Below, piece by piece: positions 39,335-48,464 of a DNA stretch of 64,000 nt. The translations under genes were made by a program, and so were the position numbers. The notes beneath the pieces were generated by a model. The model made no database searches. It was not told the DNA's origin and saw only the letters and a program-made list of their open reading frames with translations. This DNA is from Alkalispirochaeta sp. GTDB lineage: Bacteria; Spirochaetota; Spirochaetia; DSM-27196; Alkalispirochaetaceae. Location: positions 96,001 to 160,000 of the forward strand of contig CBDESZ010000004.1 in assembly GCA_965242725.1 (NCBI GenBank), read 5' to 3'. Numbering within the stretch: position 1 is the first letter of the stretch; each line of letters starts with the position of its first letter.

Positions 39335-39655
39335 CTATTCGATGGCGGTCTGCGTGACCACGGTAAGAACAGATTCAACGGTATCATTGATCTCTATTTC
39401 ATGGGAGTCGAGAAATGATTCCATTGCAGAGCGCGCCGTCGTAAGCCGATCCTCATAACGTTGTTCTGCTTCGAGTCGAATCTGCGCGACCCGTTCTCGC
39501 ACATGAGCGTCGGTGGTACTCTTTGCTGCCTGTAGCCTGCGTCGCTCATCGGCATCAAACCTTGTCTGGGCAATGGCGACAGCATCCCGGGCTTCAGCAA
39601 TGATAGCTTCCGCCTTCTTTTCCGCTTCCAGGACCTCTTGGATCACTTCAAGCAC
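39335..39655 (-). CDS. V/A-type ATPase peripheral-stalk subunit G/H
   Basis: VIQEVLEAEKKAEAIIAEA coiled coil; first gene of the operon; SD GAGGAG. Confidence 0.75.
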   Translation of the reverse strand: MLEVIQEVLEAEKKAEAIIAEARDAVAIAQTRFDADERRRLQAAKSTTDAHVRERVAQIRLEAEQRYEDRLTTARSAMESFLDSHEIEINDTVESVLTVVTQTAIE

Positions 39656-39673
39656 GGTGTGCTCCTCAAGTGA

Positions 39674-39702
39674 ATTCTACTATATCGTTGGAGTAGTTGC
39701 AT
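39674..39702 (-). promoter_or_regulatory. Putative promoter of the ATPase operon
   Basis: Minus strand ATGCAA, 17 bp spacer, TAGAAT. Confidence 0.4.
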
Positions 39703-39796
39703 ATTATTCTGATCGGAAACCGATAGGGTGCCTGCAGGTCACGACGAGTTCTCGCGGGGTGTTGACCAAATTGGACATAAATGTTGCCCTAGAATC

Positions 39797-40294
39797 ATGA
39801 AGAATAGTAAACATCTCACACATCGTTTTCGAACAATTTTACGACTTACCATTGTTTTGGCTGGTCTGATTGTCATTTCGTTCCCGATTTTTGCTCAGAA
39901 TCAATCTGAAGCAGCCGAGGTTTCCGACCAGGAGCTTGAGAGTTTTGTCGCCGTCGTGGAAGAGTTGCAGGAAGTGCAGCGTGATCTGGCGGCGCAGTCA
40001 CAGGAATCGGTGGAATCCTCCGAAATGGGAGTTGAACGATTTCAGGAGCTCTTTCAGGCACGACAGTCCGGTACCGAACCGGCAACCGCCGCCACCGACG
40101 CCGAAAATGAAGAGTTTGACCAGCTTGTCGCCGAAATTCGGGAAATCCAGCAGGAGTTCAATGACGTGATGGTTCAAGCGGTTCAGGACGAGGGTCTTGC
40201 GGTTGAGCGATTCAATGAAATTGCCCAGGCGATTCGGCAGGACCAGAGTCTGCAGCAGCGTATCCAGGAAATTGCGGGCGGCGGCAACTCCTGA
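39797..40294 (+). CDS. Exported helical protein, DUF4168-like
   Basis: Signal peptide; VSDQELESF; duplicated GVERFQEL / GLAVERFNEI; Glu/Gln-rich. Confidence 0.7.
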   Translation: MKNSKHLTHRFRTILRLTIVLAGLIVISFPIFAQNQSEAAEVSDQELESFVAVVEELQEVQRDLAAQSQESVESSEMGVERFQELFQARQSGTEPATAATDAENEEFDQLVAEIREIQQEFNDVMVQAVQDEGLAVERFNEIAQAIRQDQSLQQRIQEIAGGGNS

Positions 40295-40390
40295 GAATCT
40301 GTACCGCCCACGCCTCGCTGATTATTTCACACCGCGGCGTATCCCCGCGTGCTCCCCGGCCGGGACGCTTTCCCCGCCAAACTCACCCGT

Positions 40391-41807
40391 CTACATCCAC
40401 TCCGCCTCGGCCTTGATCTCCGGCGGGTGGATGTTTGCCTCGATCTGTTCGTCGTCGATGATCGTGAGGAGCTTCCAGTGTCCAGCCCGGTAGCGGGCAA
40501 ATATGGATGCGCCCAGCACAACGACAAAGGTGATGAAGAAGCCCCAGATCGCCAGCGGGGGCAGGGCGAATACGCGGATGAGTAGAACCATCGTTATCGC
40601 CATGACCCAGTGCAGGCCGACGGAGATGTACATGACCCATCGCGTGTCTCCCGCCCCCCTGAGGGCGCCGGAAAAGACGAGCTGCGTGATGTCCGCCAGC
40701 GTGTATATCGCCGCCAGTCGGAGCATCGCCTTGGAGAGTTCCAGAAGCCGTTCTTCCCCCGGCGCGAGTCCCCCGGCAAAGGCACGGACCAGCATGCCCG
40801 CTCCACCGATAAAGAGGACCATCATGACGGCGGCGTAGGAGTAGCCGACCCTCAGGGCGAGCATCGTCGCCTCATGTGCCCCCTGGGGATTGCCCGCTCC
40901 CATTTGCTGTCCCACCATCGCCGTTACGGCCACGCTGAGACCGATCATCGGAATGAAGGCGACCATGTCATAGTTGAAGGTGATGGTTACCGCCGCTGCA
41001 ACATCGGGTCCCATGGAGTGAAAGAGCTGGACAAAGATGTTGAAGGCAAAGACGTTGAGAAAGAGCTCCACCCCTGCAGGTCCCCCGAACTTGAGGAGCC
41101 GACCGGGTCACTTCCTTTCTGAAGCGCCACGTCTCCCCAAAGGATGTGGCGTTATAGAACTCGTGGCGACGGTACACTGCAAAGAGGACGACCACGATTA
41201 AAAAACTTGAACAGATCGTTCCATAGGCGGCACCGCGAATTCCCAGGGCGGGAAACCCGAGCTTTCCAAAAATCAGGACGTAGTTGAGGGGGACATTTAC
41301 CACCATGCCCAGGAGATTGGCCAGCATCACCACCCTGGTTGAGCCGATGCCGAGAAAGAATCCCGCCAGCGCCTGCCTGAGGAGTACCAATACTGAGGCA
41401 CTCATGAGAATGGAAAAATATGGATACTCCAGATCGATCTGCGCCGGGGTGTGACCCGCCAAAGTAAAGGTTGACCCCACCAGGGGAATCAACGCGAACA
41501 GAAGCGGCGTAAAGAGCAGAGAGAGGTAAATTCCCTGGGTGACCACATGGACGCACCGTTCCTTACGTCCCGCGCCGTAGTACTGGGCGGTGAGGGCGTT
41601 GGTGTAGCCCACGATGCCGGCAAAGAACGAACTGAAGACAAAGGCGGAAAGCCCTCCGCTCATGGAGGCGGCGATGTGGACCTTTCCGAGCTGTGCGAGG
41701 AAGAGCCTGTCCACAAAAAGCATCACCGTCTCCGACGCCTGACTGAGGATCATGGGAAGGGCGAAACTGAGCAGCAGCTTTAGATTGGGTCGCTCCACAC
41801 TCTGCAT
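40391..41807 (-). pseudogene. MATE efflux transporter interrupted by a +1 frameshift (possibly a sequencing error)
   Basis: The N-half (ALPMILSQ, GIRGAAYGT) and C-half (GQQMGAG, LRGAGDT) join as KEVT-GRLLKFG if one base at 41105-41107 is removed. The span is 3n+1. Confidence 0.85.
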
Positions 41808-41910
41808 GAAAGGGACTATAGCTCTTCTCGGGCGGGCGAGAACAGATAGCACAGTCCGCACCAGTTCAATGTATTTATGGAATTATAAAATCATGAATAA
41901 CTCAACAAAT

Positions 41911-42417
41911 TTAACAGTGCGGCCACCTCATCCCCTCTCCCCAAGCAACCCCCTCGATATCGAGTGCCCGCGTGTACATCCCCACTTCGCCGTCGGGGGT
42001 GCGGGGCCACTCCTCCCGGGGGCGATCGCGGTAGAGTTCGACGCCGTTTCCGTCGGGGTCGCGGAGGTAGAGTGCCTCGCTCACGCCGTGGTCGGCGGCG
42101 CCGTCGAGGGTGATGCCCGCGTCGACAAGTCTCCGCAGCGCGTCGGCAAGAGTTGCCCGGGTCGGGTAGAGAATCGCCAGGTGGTAGAGGCCCGTCGTTC
42201 CCGGGGCGGGCGGGGAGCCGCCGAGGCTCTCCCATGTGTTGAGACCGATGTGGTGGTGGTAGCCGCCGGCGGAGACAAAGGCCGCCTGCGTGCCGAAACG
42301 CTGCATCAGCGTGAAACCGAGGACGTCGCAGTAAAAGCGGAGCGCCCGGTCAAGATCGGCAACCTTGAGGTGGACGTGGCCTATGGATACGCCCGGTTCG
42401 ATGTTCTCTTTGCTCAT
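41911..42417 (-). CDS. VOC/glyoxalase-family protein (CatE-domain-like)
   Basis: IGHVHLKV, GGYHHHIGLNTW and DHGVSEALYLRDPDGNGVELY. The true stop may be at 41928. Confidence 0.9.
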   Translation of the reverse strand: MSKENIEPGVSIGHVHLKVADLDRALRFYCDVLGFTLMQRFGTQAAFVSAGGYHHHIGLNTWESLGGSPPAPGTTGLYHLAILYPTRATLADALRRLVDAGITLDGAADHGVSEALYLRDPDGNGVELYRDRPREEWPRTPDGEVGMYTRALDIEGVAWGEGMRWPHC

Positions 42418-42504
42418 CCTGCCCCCTTACCGATAAATACCGATGAATACCGTCGTCCGGCAAATGTCGCGTCGATCAAAAAAGACAATTCTTAATTAAA
42501 AAAG

Positions 42505-42555
42505 TTGACAACCCATTCCGGCCCGTATACCGTATAGCGACTGCATATATATGCA
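42505..42555 (+). promoter_or_regulatory. codBA promoter and palindromic operator candidate
   Basis: TTGACA (42505-42510), 17 bp spacer, TACCGT, then the perfect palindrome TGCATATATATGCA (42542-42555). Confidence 0.6.
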
Positions 42556-42582
42556 TCAAATATCCATGAGGAGGTCCCGGTA

Positions 42583-43821
42583 ATGGACGGAAACAAACCC
42601 AAACACGTAGACATCGATTATTCCCTTGAGGCTGTTCCCCAGACGGCGCGAAAGGGATTCTGGTCCATATTTGTCATTATGCTCGGTTTTACCTATTTCT
42701 CCGCCAGCATGAGCGTCGGCGCCCGTCTGGGCAACGGTCTTGATTTTGCCGGTTTTCTCTGGGCGGTCATTATCGGCGGTACGATACTCGGTGCATATAC
42801 CGGTATTCTGGCGTATATCGGCAGCCATACGGGGTTGAGCCTGGACCTCCTCGCCCACCGCTCCTTTGGTTCCGTCGGTTCCTTTCTTCCTTCGGCACTT
42901 ATCAGTTTTACCCAGATCGGGTGGTTCGGAGTCGGTGTCGCCATGTTTGCCATACCAGTGGCGGAACTTATGAACGTCAGTCCCGTCGGACTGTTGATCC
43001 TGGCGGGCGTCCTCATGACCGGTTCCGCCTACTTCGGCATAAAGGGACTTGAGGTGGTGAGTTTCATTTCCGTGCCGCTCATCACCGTGCTTGGCGTCTA
43101 TTCCATGGTGGCGGCGACCGTTGAGGGTGGGGGCCTTTCCCGGATATTTGCCCAGTCCGCGGGAGAGATCACCGTCTTTGCCGGTGTGGGTATGGTCATC
43201 GGATCCTTTGTGAGCGGTGGTACCGCCACACCCAACTTTGTCCGTTTTGCCAAGTCCCACAAGATCGCCGTCATCACCACGGTGATCGCCTTCTTTCTCG
43301 GCAATACTCTGATGTTCGCCTTCGGCGCCGTCGGTGGTGCATTTACCGGTGCCGAGGATATTTTTTACGTCATGATTGCCCAGGGACTGGCGATTCCCGC
43401 CATCCTTGTTCTGGGTGCCAATATCTGGACCACCAACGACAACGCCCTGTATACCTCCGGTTTGGGGCTCTCCAACATCACCAAGATCCGCAAGCGCCCG
43501 ATGGTCCTTATCGCCGGCGTGGTCGGTACCGCAACGGCAATGTGGCTCTACTTCAACTTCATCGGATGGCTCAGCTTTCTCAACGCCACGCTGCCGCCGG
43601 TTGGCGCGATCATCGCCCTGGACTTCTTTATGCACCGCGATGAATACACAGGCGGTGAGATCTCCGACCGGAAGGTGAACTGGGGAGCCATAATCGGTGT
43701 TGTCGCCGGCGCGCTGGTAGGGAACTTCGTCTCCTTCGGCATCGCCGCAATCAACGCCATGGTCGTGGCAATAATCTGTTACTACGTCGCCGACAAACTC
43801 GTCTATCAAAAGAAAGGGTGA
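42583..43821 (+). CDS. codB: Cytosine permease
   Basis: NCS1 family; FTQIGWFGVG and NIWTTNDNALY; adjacent to codA. Confidence 0.93.
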   Translation: MDGNKPKHVDIDYSLEAVPQTARKGFWSIFVIMLGFTYFSASMSVGARLGNGLDFAGFLWAVIIGGTILGAYTGILAYIGSHTGLSLDLLAHRSFGSVGSFLPSALISFTQIGWFGVGVAMFAIPVAELMNVSPVGLLILAGVLMTGSAYFGIKGLEVVSFISVPLITVLGVYSMVAATVEGGGLSRIFAQSAGEITVFAGVGMVIGSFVSGGTATPNFVRFAKSHKIAVITTVIAFFLGNTLMFAFGAVGGAFTGAEDIFYVMIAQGLAIPAILVLGANIWTTNDNALYTSGLGLSNITKIRKRPMVLIAGVVGTATAMWLYFNFIGWLSFLNATLPPVGAIIALDFFMHRDEYTGGEISDRKVNWGAIIGVVAGALVGNFVSFGIAAINAMVVAIICYYVADKLVYQKKG

Positions 43822-43831
43822 GGCCGCGCGG

Positions 43832-45070
43832 ATGGTACTGAAGAACCTCTACATTGAAAACGTTGCGGAGGCGACGGATATTCGCATTACCGACGGCCGG
43901 TTTGAGACGATAGCCGCCGGTCTGACTGCGGCGAAAGGCGAGCAGGTTGTCGACTGCGGTGGCAAACTCGCCCTGCCGCCCTTCGTGGAATCCCACATTC
44001 ACCTGGACACCTGCCTTACCGCAGGTGATCCCGTGTGGAATATTTCGGGTACCCTCTTTGAAGGTATCGAGTGCTGGAGCAAGCGGAAACAGAAGCTCTC
44101 CAAGGCGGATGTGAAGGAGCGGGTCCACCGGGCGGTGCGCAAGCAGGCGGCAATGGGCGTACAGTACGTCAGGACCCATGTGGACGTCACCGATCCAACA
44201 CTGACCGCCATGGAAGCGATGATCGAACTGAGGGATGAGCTGAAGGACGTGACGACCATCCAAATCGTCGCCTTTCCCCAGGAAGGCATTCTCAGTTATC
44301 CGAAGGGACGGGAACTGACGGAAGAGGCGGTAAAGATGGGCGCCGACGCTGTCGGCGGCATACCCCACTTTGAGTTCACCCGGGAATACAGTGTGGAGTC
44401 CCTCAACATCGCCATGGGTCTCGCCCAGAAGTACGACAAGCTGGTGGATATTCACTGTGACGAAATCGACGACGAGGCGTCACGGGGCCTTGAAACGGTG
44501 GCCGCCCGGGCGTACGAGATGGAACTCTACGACCGCGTCACCGCCAGCCATACAACCGCGATGCACTCCTATAACAACGCCTACGTTCTGCGACTCATGC
44601 GCTTGCTCAAGATGAGCCGGATCAACTTCATCGCCAACCCCCTGGTGAATACCCATTTACAGGGGCGGGTGGACACCTATCCCAAACGGCGGGGCGTGAC
44701 CCGTGTGAAGGAACTGATGGCGGAGGGCATTAATGTCGCCTTTGGAAACGACGACATGTTTGATCCCTGGTACCCCATGGGCAACGGCGGGATGCGGGAC
44801 GTCGTCTTTCTCGGGCTGCACGTCACCCATCTCATGGGATATGAGGACATCATGAACTCCTACCGCTTTGTCACCACCAATGCCGCCAGAGCAATGCACC
44901 TCGACGACAGTGAGTACGGTATCAAGGTCGGTAATCCCGCGAGTCTCGTGGTTATCGATGCCGAGAACTATTACGACGCCCTCCGGGACAACGCGATGGT
45001 GCTCTATTCGTACCGGAACGGAAAGCTTCTCTTTCAAGGTTCCCCCGGGGAGAAGAAACTCCAGTTCTGA
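43832..45070 (+). CDS. codA: Cytosine deaminase (amidohydrolase type)
   Basis: HIHLD, AFPQEG, HCDE, SHTTAMHSY, HLQGR and DPWYP motifs. Confidence 0.95.
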   Translation: MVLKNLYIENVAEATDIRITDGRFETIAAGLTAAKGEQVVDCGGKLALPPFVESHIHLDTCLTAGDPVWNISGTLFEGIECWSKRKQKLSKADVKERVHRAVRKQAAMGVQYVRTHVDVTDPTLTAMEAMIELRDELKDVTTIQIVAFPQEGILSYPKGRELTEEAVKMGADAVGGIPHFEFTREYSVESLNIAMGLAQKYDKLVDIHCDEIDDEASRGLETVAARAYEMELYDRVTASHTTAMHSYNNAYVLRLMRLLKMSRINFIANPLVNTHLQGRVDTYPKRRGVTRVKELMAEGINVAFGNDDMFDPWYPMGNGGMRDVVFLGLHVTHLMGYEDIMNSYRFVTTNAARAMHLDDSEYGIKVGNPASLVVIDAENYYDALRDNAMVLYSYRNGKLLFQGSPGEKKLQF

Positions 45071-45098
45071 CGATTGCCGGGTATGCGCTGCCGACATA

Positions 45099-45764
45099 TT
45101 ACTCCGTCGAGACAAATATGTGTGTGGCGATATCGTATCCCATCGTAAATCGATGACCGTTGCCGGGATGAGTGACTGAAACGATTCCCGCAACGGCATC
45201 GATGGTTTCCACGACAATTTCCTCGCCGGGGACGATATGGTTTCCCTTCATCAAATCCAGAAACTCCTTGTCATCCTTTGAAAGGCGAACGATCGTCACA
45301 ACCGTTCCCGTTTCGGCGTCCGGGAGCGGGCGGGAGGGAGCGCCGGAAAAGATTCCGGAGGGAGAGGGAATCGGATCGCCGTGGGGATCACTCCCGGGAT
45401 GACCGAGAAGACGGTCGATACGCTCCACAAAGAGATCGGAAACGGCGTGTTCCAGCTGTTCCGCCTCGTCATGCACCTCCGACCAGTCATACCCGAGGAT
45501 TTGCTCAAGAAAAGTTTCGATCAGCCGGTGGCGTCGGATGATCCGAACCGCCAGATCACGTCCCTTGTCGAGGAGTTCGACGCCGACGCGGGGCTGATAC
45601 CGGATGTATTCATTCCGGGCGAGGTGTTTCACCATGGTCGTCGCGGTACCGGGCGTCACCTCCATCGCTTCGGCGAGCCGTTTCATCTGGACAACGTCGC
45701 CGATGCCCTTTTGCTGTTCCTGATAGATCACTTTTATGTATTGTTCGACCGTACTCGTTGCCAT
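45099..45764 (-). CDS. DtxR/MntR-family metal-dependent repressor with a FeoA-like domain
   Basis: EQYIKVIY, RRHRLIETFL, VHDEAEQLEH and DPHGDPIP motifs. Confidence 0.93.
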   Translation of the reverse strand: MATSTVEQYIKVIYQEQQKGIGDVVQMKRLAEAMEVTPGTATTMVKHLARNEYIRYQPRVGVELLDKGRDLAVRIIRRHRLIETFLEQILGYDWSEVHDEAEQLEHAVSDLFVERIDRLLGHPGSDPHGDPIPSPSGIFSGAPSRPLPDAETGTVVTIVRLSKDDKEFLDLMKGNHIVPGEEIVVETIDAVAGIVSVTHPGNGHRFTMGYDIATHIFVSTE

Positions 45765-45931
45765 TGAAGAACCTTTCGTTCCGTGAAGGATGACGCGCGT
45801 GGACCGATAGTCAGGGTACTATAAATGGAAACGCAGGGGAACGTCGGGGCGGCGCGCCCGTCGGATGGAGAGTTCCGGACGGTTAACAGAGCTGCTGCCG
45901 ACGGATATAGTTCAACTTTGTGGAGGACCTT

Positions 45932-46507
45932 GTGTTTGATACGTGGAAAAACGAGCCCGATTCATTTGTACACGACGGCAATACGGTGACGATCACGGCA
46001 GCGGGCGGGACGGATTACTTTAATGACCCCGCATCGGATGTGCGAAAGGCGAGTGCCCCCGTTCTGTACCGCGAAGTTGACGGTGATTTTACCGTTGAGG
46101 GACGCGTCGCCCCCGCCTTCGGTGCCACCTATGATGCGGGGGCGATTGTCTTTTACTGCACCGACGATGTGTGGGCCAAACTTGCCTTTGAGCAGACCGA
46201 TCTGGGGAGTACCTCCGTCGTGACGGTGGTAACCAACGGCCTGAGCGATGACGCCAACGGAGAAGTGGTTGACGGGGACGCGGTCCATCTCAAGATGTCC
46301 CGTCGCGGTGATGTACTGGGTCTCTATTACTCTCTCGACGGCAGGGGATGGCGCATGGTACGTCTGCTGGCGCTGCCGGTACCCCCGGGGGCGACGGCGA
46401 ACGTCGGGATTTCCGCCCAGAGCCCGACCGGTTCGGGCTGTACCGTGACTTTTTCGGAGCTTGCATTCGCTAAACGCGCCGTTACGGAGATGCGCGGCGG
46501 AGTTTGA
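45932..46507 (+). CDS. DUF1349-like beta-sandwich protein
   Basis: TDYF.DP, YDAG, WAKLAFE, VVTNGLSDD and AQSP.G.G motifs. GTG 45932 follows GGAGG; TTAACA-17-TATAGT lies upstream. Confidence 0.8.
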   Translation: MFDTWKNEPDSFVHDGNTVTITAAGGTDYFNDPASDVRKASAPVLYREVDGDFTVEGRVAPAFGATYDAGAIVFYCTDDVWAKLAFEQTDLGSTSVVTVVTNGLSDDANGEVVDGDAVHLKMSRRGDVLGLYYSLDGRGWRMVRLLALPVPPGATANVGISAQSPTGSGCTVTFSELAFAKRAVTEMRGGV

Positions 46508-46585
46508 GCCGCGGAGTATGAGCCGCGGATTATTTGCGGGCGCGCGGGGGCCTGCCTGAACGAAAGGTGCACTTCCCGAGGCGGA

Positions 46586-48295
46586 TCATGAGTCGGCCCG
46601 ACGTGCCCGGTCCCGGCCCGACTGTTTTGCCGCATATAATGCCCGATCAGCCCGTTCCTGCAGCATTGCAAGCGTATCGGTCGGTCCCGCTTCGGCAACT
46701 CCCACGCTTGCGGTGACGCTGCCGGCGGCGCCGAAGGAAGTTTGCCGTATCTCCGTAAGGAGACGCCGGGCAAAGGCCATCGCCTCGTCTCCGGAACTCT
46801 GTCCGAGAAGAATTGCAAACTCTTCGCCTCCCCAGCGGCAGGGTACGTCGCTCTGCCTGCTCGATCCGGACAGAATGGTGCCGAACGACTTCAGAACTTC
46901 GTCGCCCACGGCGTGCCCGTGGCGGTCATTTACTTGTTTGAAGTGGTCTATATCGATCATGAGCAAGCTCACGGCGGCACCTGTTCGTCCCCGCGCCCGA
47001 ATGGCGTAGGTTCCGAGCCGCTCAAAGTGCCGGCGGTTGGGAAGTCCGGTGAGATAGTCCGTGTCGGCCCGTTTGGCGTCGGTGACATCCCGTACGGCGA
47101 TGTAACACCCGGCGAGACTTCCGTCAGACTGGAAGTGGGGTTCGAGATTTCCGCGAAAGCGCCGATTCTCGTTGTCGTCGTCCTTCACGTCAACTTCAAA
47201 ACTGACGCTCTCCCCTGAAAGCGCTGCCTCCAGATAGGGACGCATTTGATCATATGTGTCCGGCTGTATCAGCTCGTGGACATACTTGCCGCGGATTTCG
47301 GAGAGGGGACGTCGAAAGAGCTTCTCATGGGCGCTGTTCGCCTCCACATATCGCTGGTTTCGGTCAAGGTAGCCGATGACTATCGGCGTCGCGTCGAGGA
47401 CGGTCCGGCGTTTCCTAATCTCCTCGTCGAACGCTGCCGCGTCGAAGAGCGCCGCCGCGAGAATACTTGAGGAAAGCTCCAGGAGTCGGGCATCGTCGAA
47501 GGAAAAATGCCGCGGCCGGGATGAATACACCTTGAGCACTCCGTAGCAGCGTCCCTGATGCACAAGTGGCGCGAGCACTCCCGATCGCATTCCGACCCGT
47601 CGTGTCGCTTCCCTGTTGACCCGGGCGTCCGTGTCGGTATCATCACACATGAGCGTCTCCCCGGTGGAGAAACTGAGACCGGATATGCTCCCTTCTATCG
47701 GCAGGCGCAGTCCCTCCTGACCGGCGGCGTTTCCGACGGCTGCCCGATAGACCATATCGGAACCTTCCGGCTCCTCTACAACCGCCGCTTCCGCGTCGGT
47801 GAGACGGCGAGCCTCTTCCGCAACCCGTTGCCTCAGGTCGTCGAGATCCAGCCCCGCTGCGGCCACCTCCTGCCAGACGTTGTGGAGAAGGGCGAGCTGC
47901 TCGCTCTGCTTCTTCAGCCTGATCTGCTCCGTGATGTCTTGAAGTGTCACGATGACGTAACGGCGGTCCCGGGACGACGGGGAAAAGGCGGTGATTTTCC
48001 AGCGTACCTCGATAGGGGTTCCGTTCTTCCGGAAGTTTGTCATATGTGTGACGACGGGGTTCCCCGTCCGTATGGCCGAATGGATCGCCCTTGTCGTCTC
48101 ATGTTCCGATCCGGCTTCAAGGATGGACAGCGAGGTACCTGCTACATCGGTCATGTCATAGCCGGTCATCTCTTCAAAAGCGCCGTTGACAAACATGATC
48201 TGCAGGTCCCGGCCATCTGTTCCGGCATCGACGACGACGACGGCCTCGGATATTGCGGCGGTAATCGCTGAAAAAAGTTCGGCGGACAGGGTCAT
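46586..48295 (-). CDS. Diguanylate cyclase (PAS-GAF-PAS-GGDEF)
   Basis: DYLTGLPNRR, DIDHFKQVND, I-site RQSD and active site GGEEF. Cytoplasmic. Start set at ATG 48295; the ORF extends to 48376. Confidence 0.92.
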   Translation of the reverse strand: MTLSAELFSAITAAISEAVVVVDAGTDGRDLQIMFVNGAFEEMTGYDMTDVAGTSLSILEAGSEHETTRAIHSAIRTGNPVVTHMTNFRKNGTPIEVRWKITAFSPSSRDRRYVIVTLQDITEQIRLKKQSEQLALLHNVWQEVAAAGLDLDDLRQRVAEEARRLTDAEAAVVEEPEGSDMVYRAAVGNAAGQEGLRLPIEGSISGLSFSTGETLMCDDTDTDARVNREATRRVGMRSGVLAPLVHQGRCYGVLKVYSSRPRHFSFDDARLLELSSSILAAALFDAAAFDEEIRKRRTVLDATPIVIGYLDRNQRYVEANSAHEKLFRRPLSEIRGKYVHELIQPDTYDQMRPYLEAALSGESVSFEVDVKDDDNENRRFRGNLEPHFQSDGSLAGCYIAVRDVTDAKRADTDYLTGLPNRRHFERLGTYAIRARGRTGAAVSLLMIDIDHFKQVNDRHGHAVGDEVLKSFGTILSGSSRQSDVPCRWGGEEFAILLGQSSGDEAMAFARRLLTEIRQTSFGAAGSVTASVGVAEAGPTDTLAMLQERADRALYAAKQSGRDRARRADS

Positions 48296-48464
48296 TTCAA
48301 GAATCAAAGATACTGACCGGGACAAATTGGAGCAAGGATATGGAGATTTTTTATGTAATGAAGTCTTCCAAGCCATCTAAATATCTTCGAATCAGTCATA
48401 TATAACCGTGACATCCGCGGGGACGACTAGTATGTTTGAACCGAACGGTACGCGGGAGGTATCT

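Noticed and set aside
41100..41112. Programmed ribosomal frameshifting in MATE (and likewise in Lrp)
   Set aside because: No slippery heptamer or stimulatory structure at either site, and I know of no precedent in these families.
41911..42417. Catechol 2,3-dioxygenase of an aromatic degradation pathway
   Set aside because: A single VOC module of about 165 aa with no ring-cleavage genes nearby; only the family can be assigned.
46505..46532. 14-bp tandem duplication TGAGCCGCGGA(G/T)TA at the DUF1349 gene stop
   Set aside because: Two copies with no spacer; probably local slippage, not a CRISPR or a target-site duplication.
47940..48260. First PAS domain of the DGC as a LOV photosensor
   Set aside because: The GxNCRFLQ motif is replaced by GTSLSILE, so the flavin-adduct Cys is missing.
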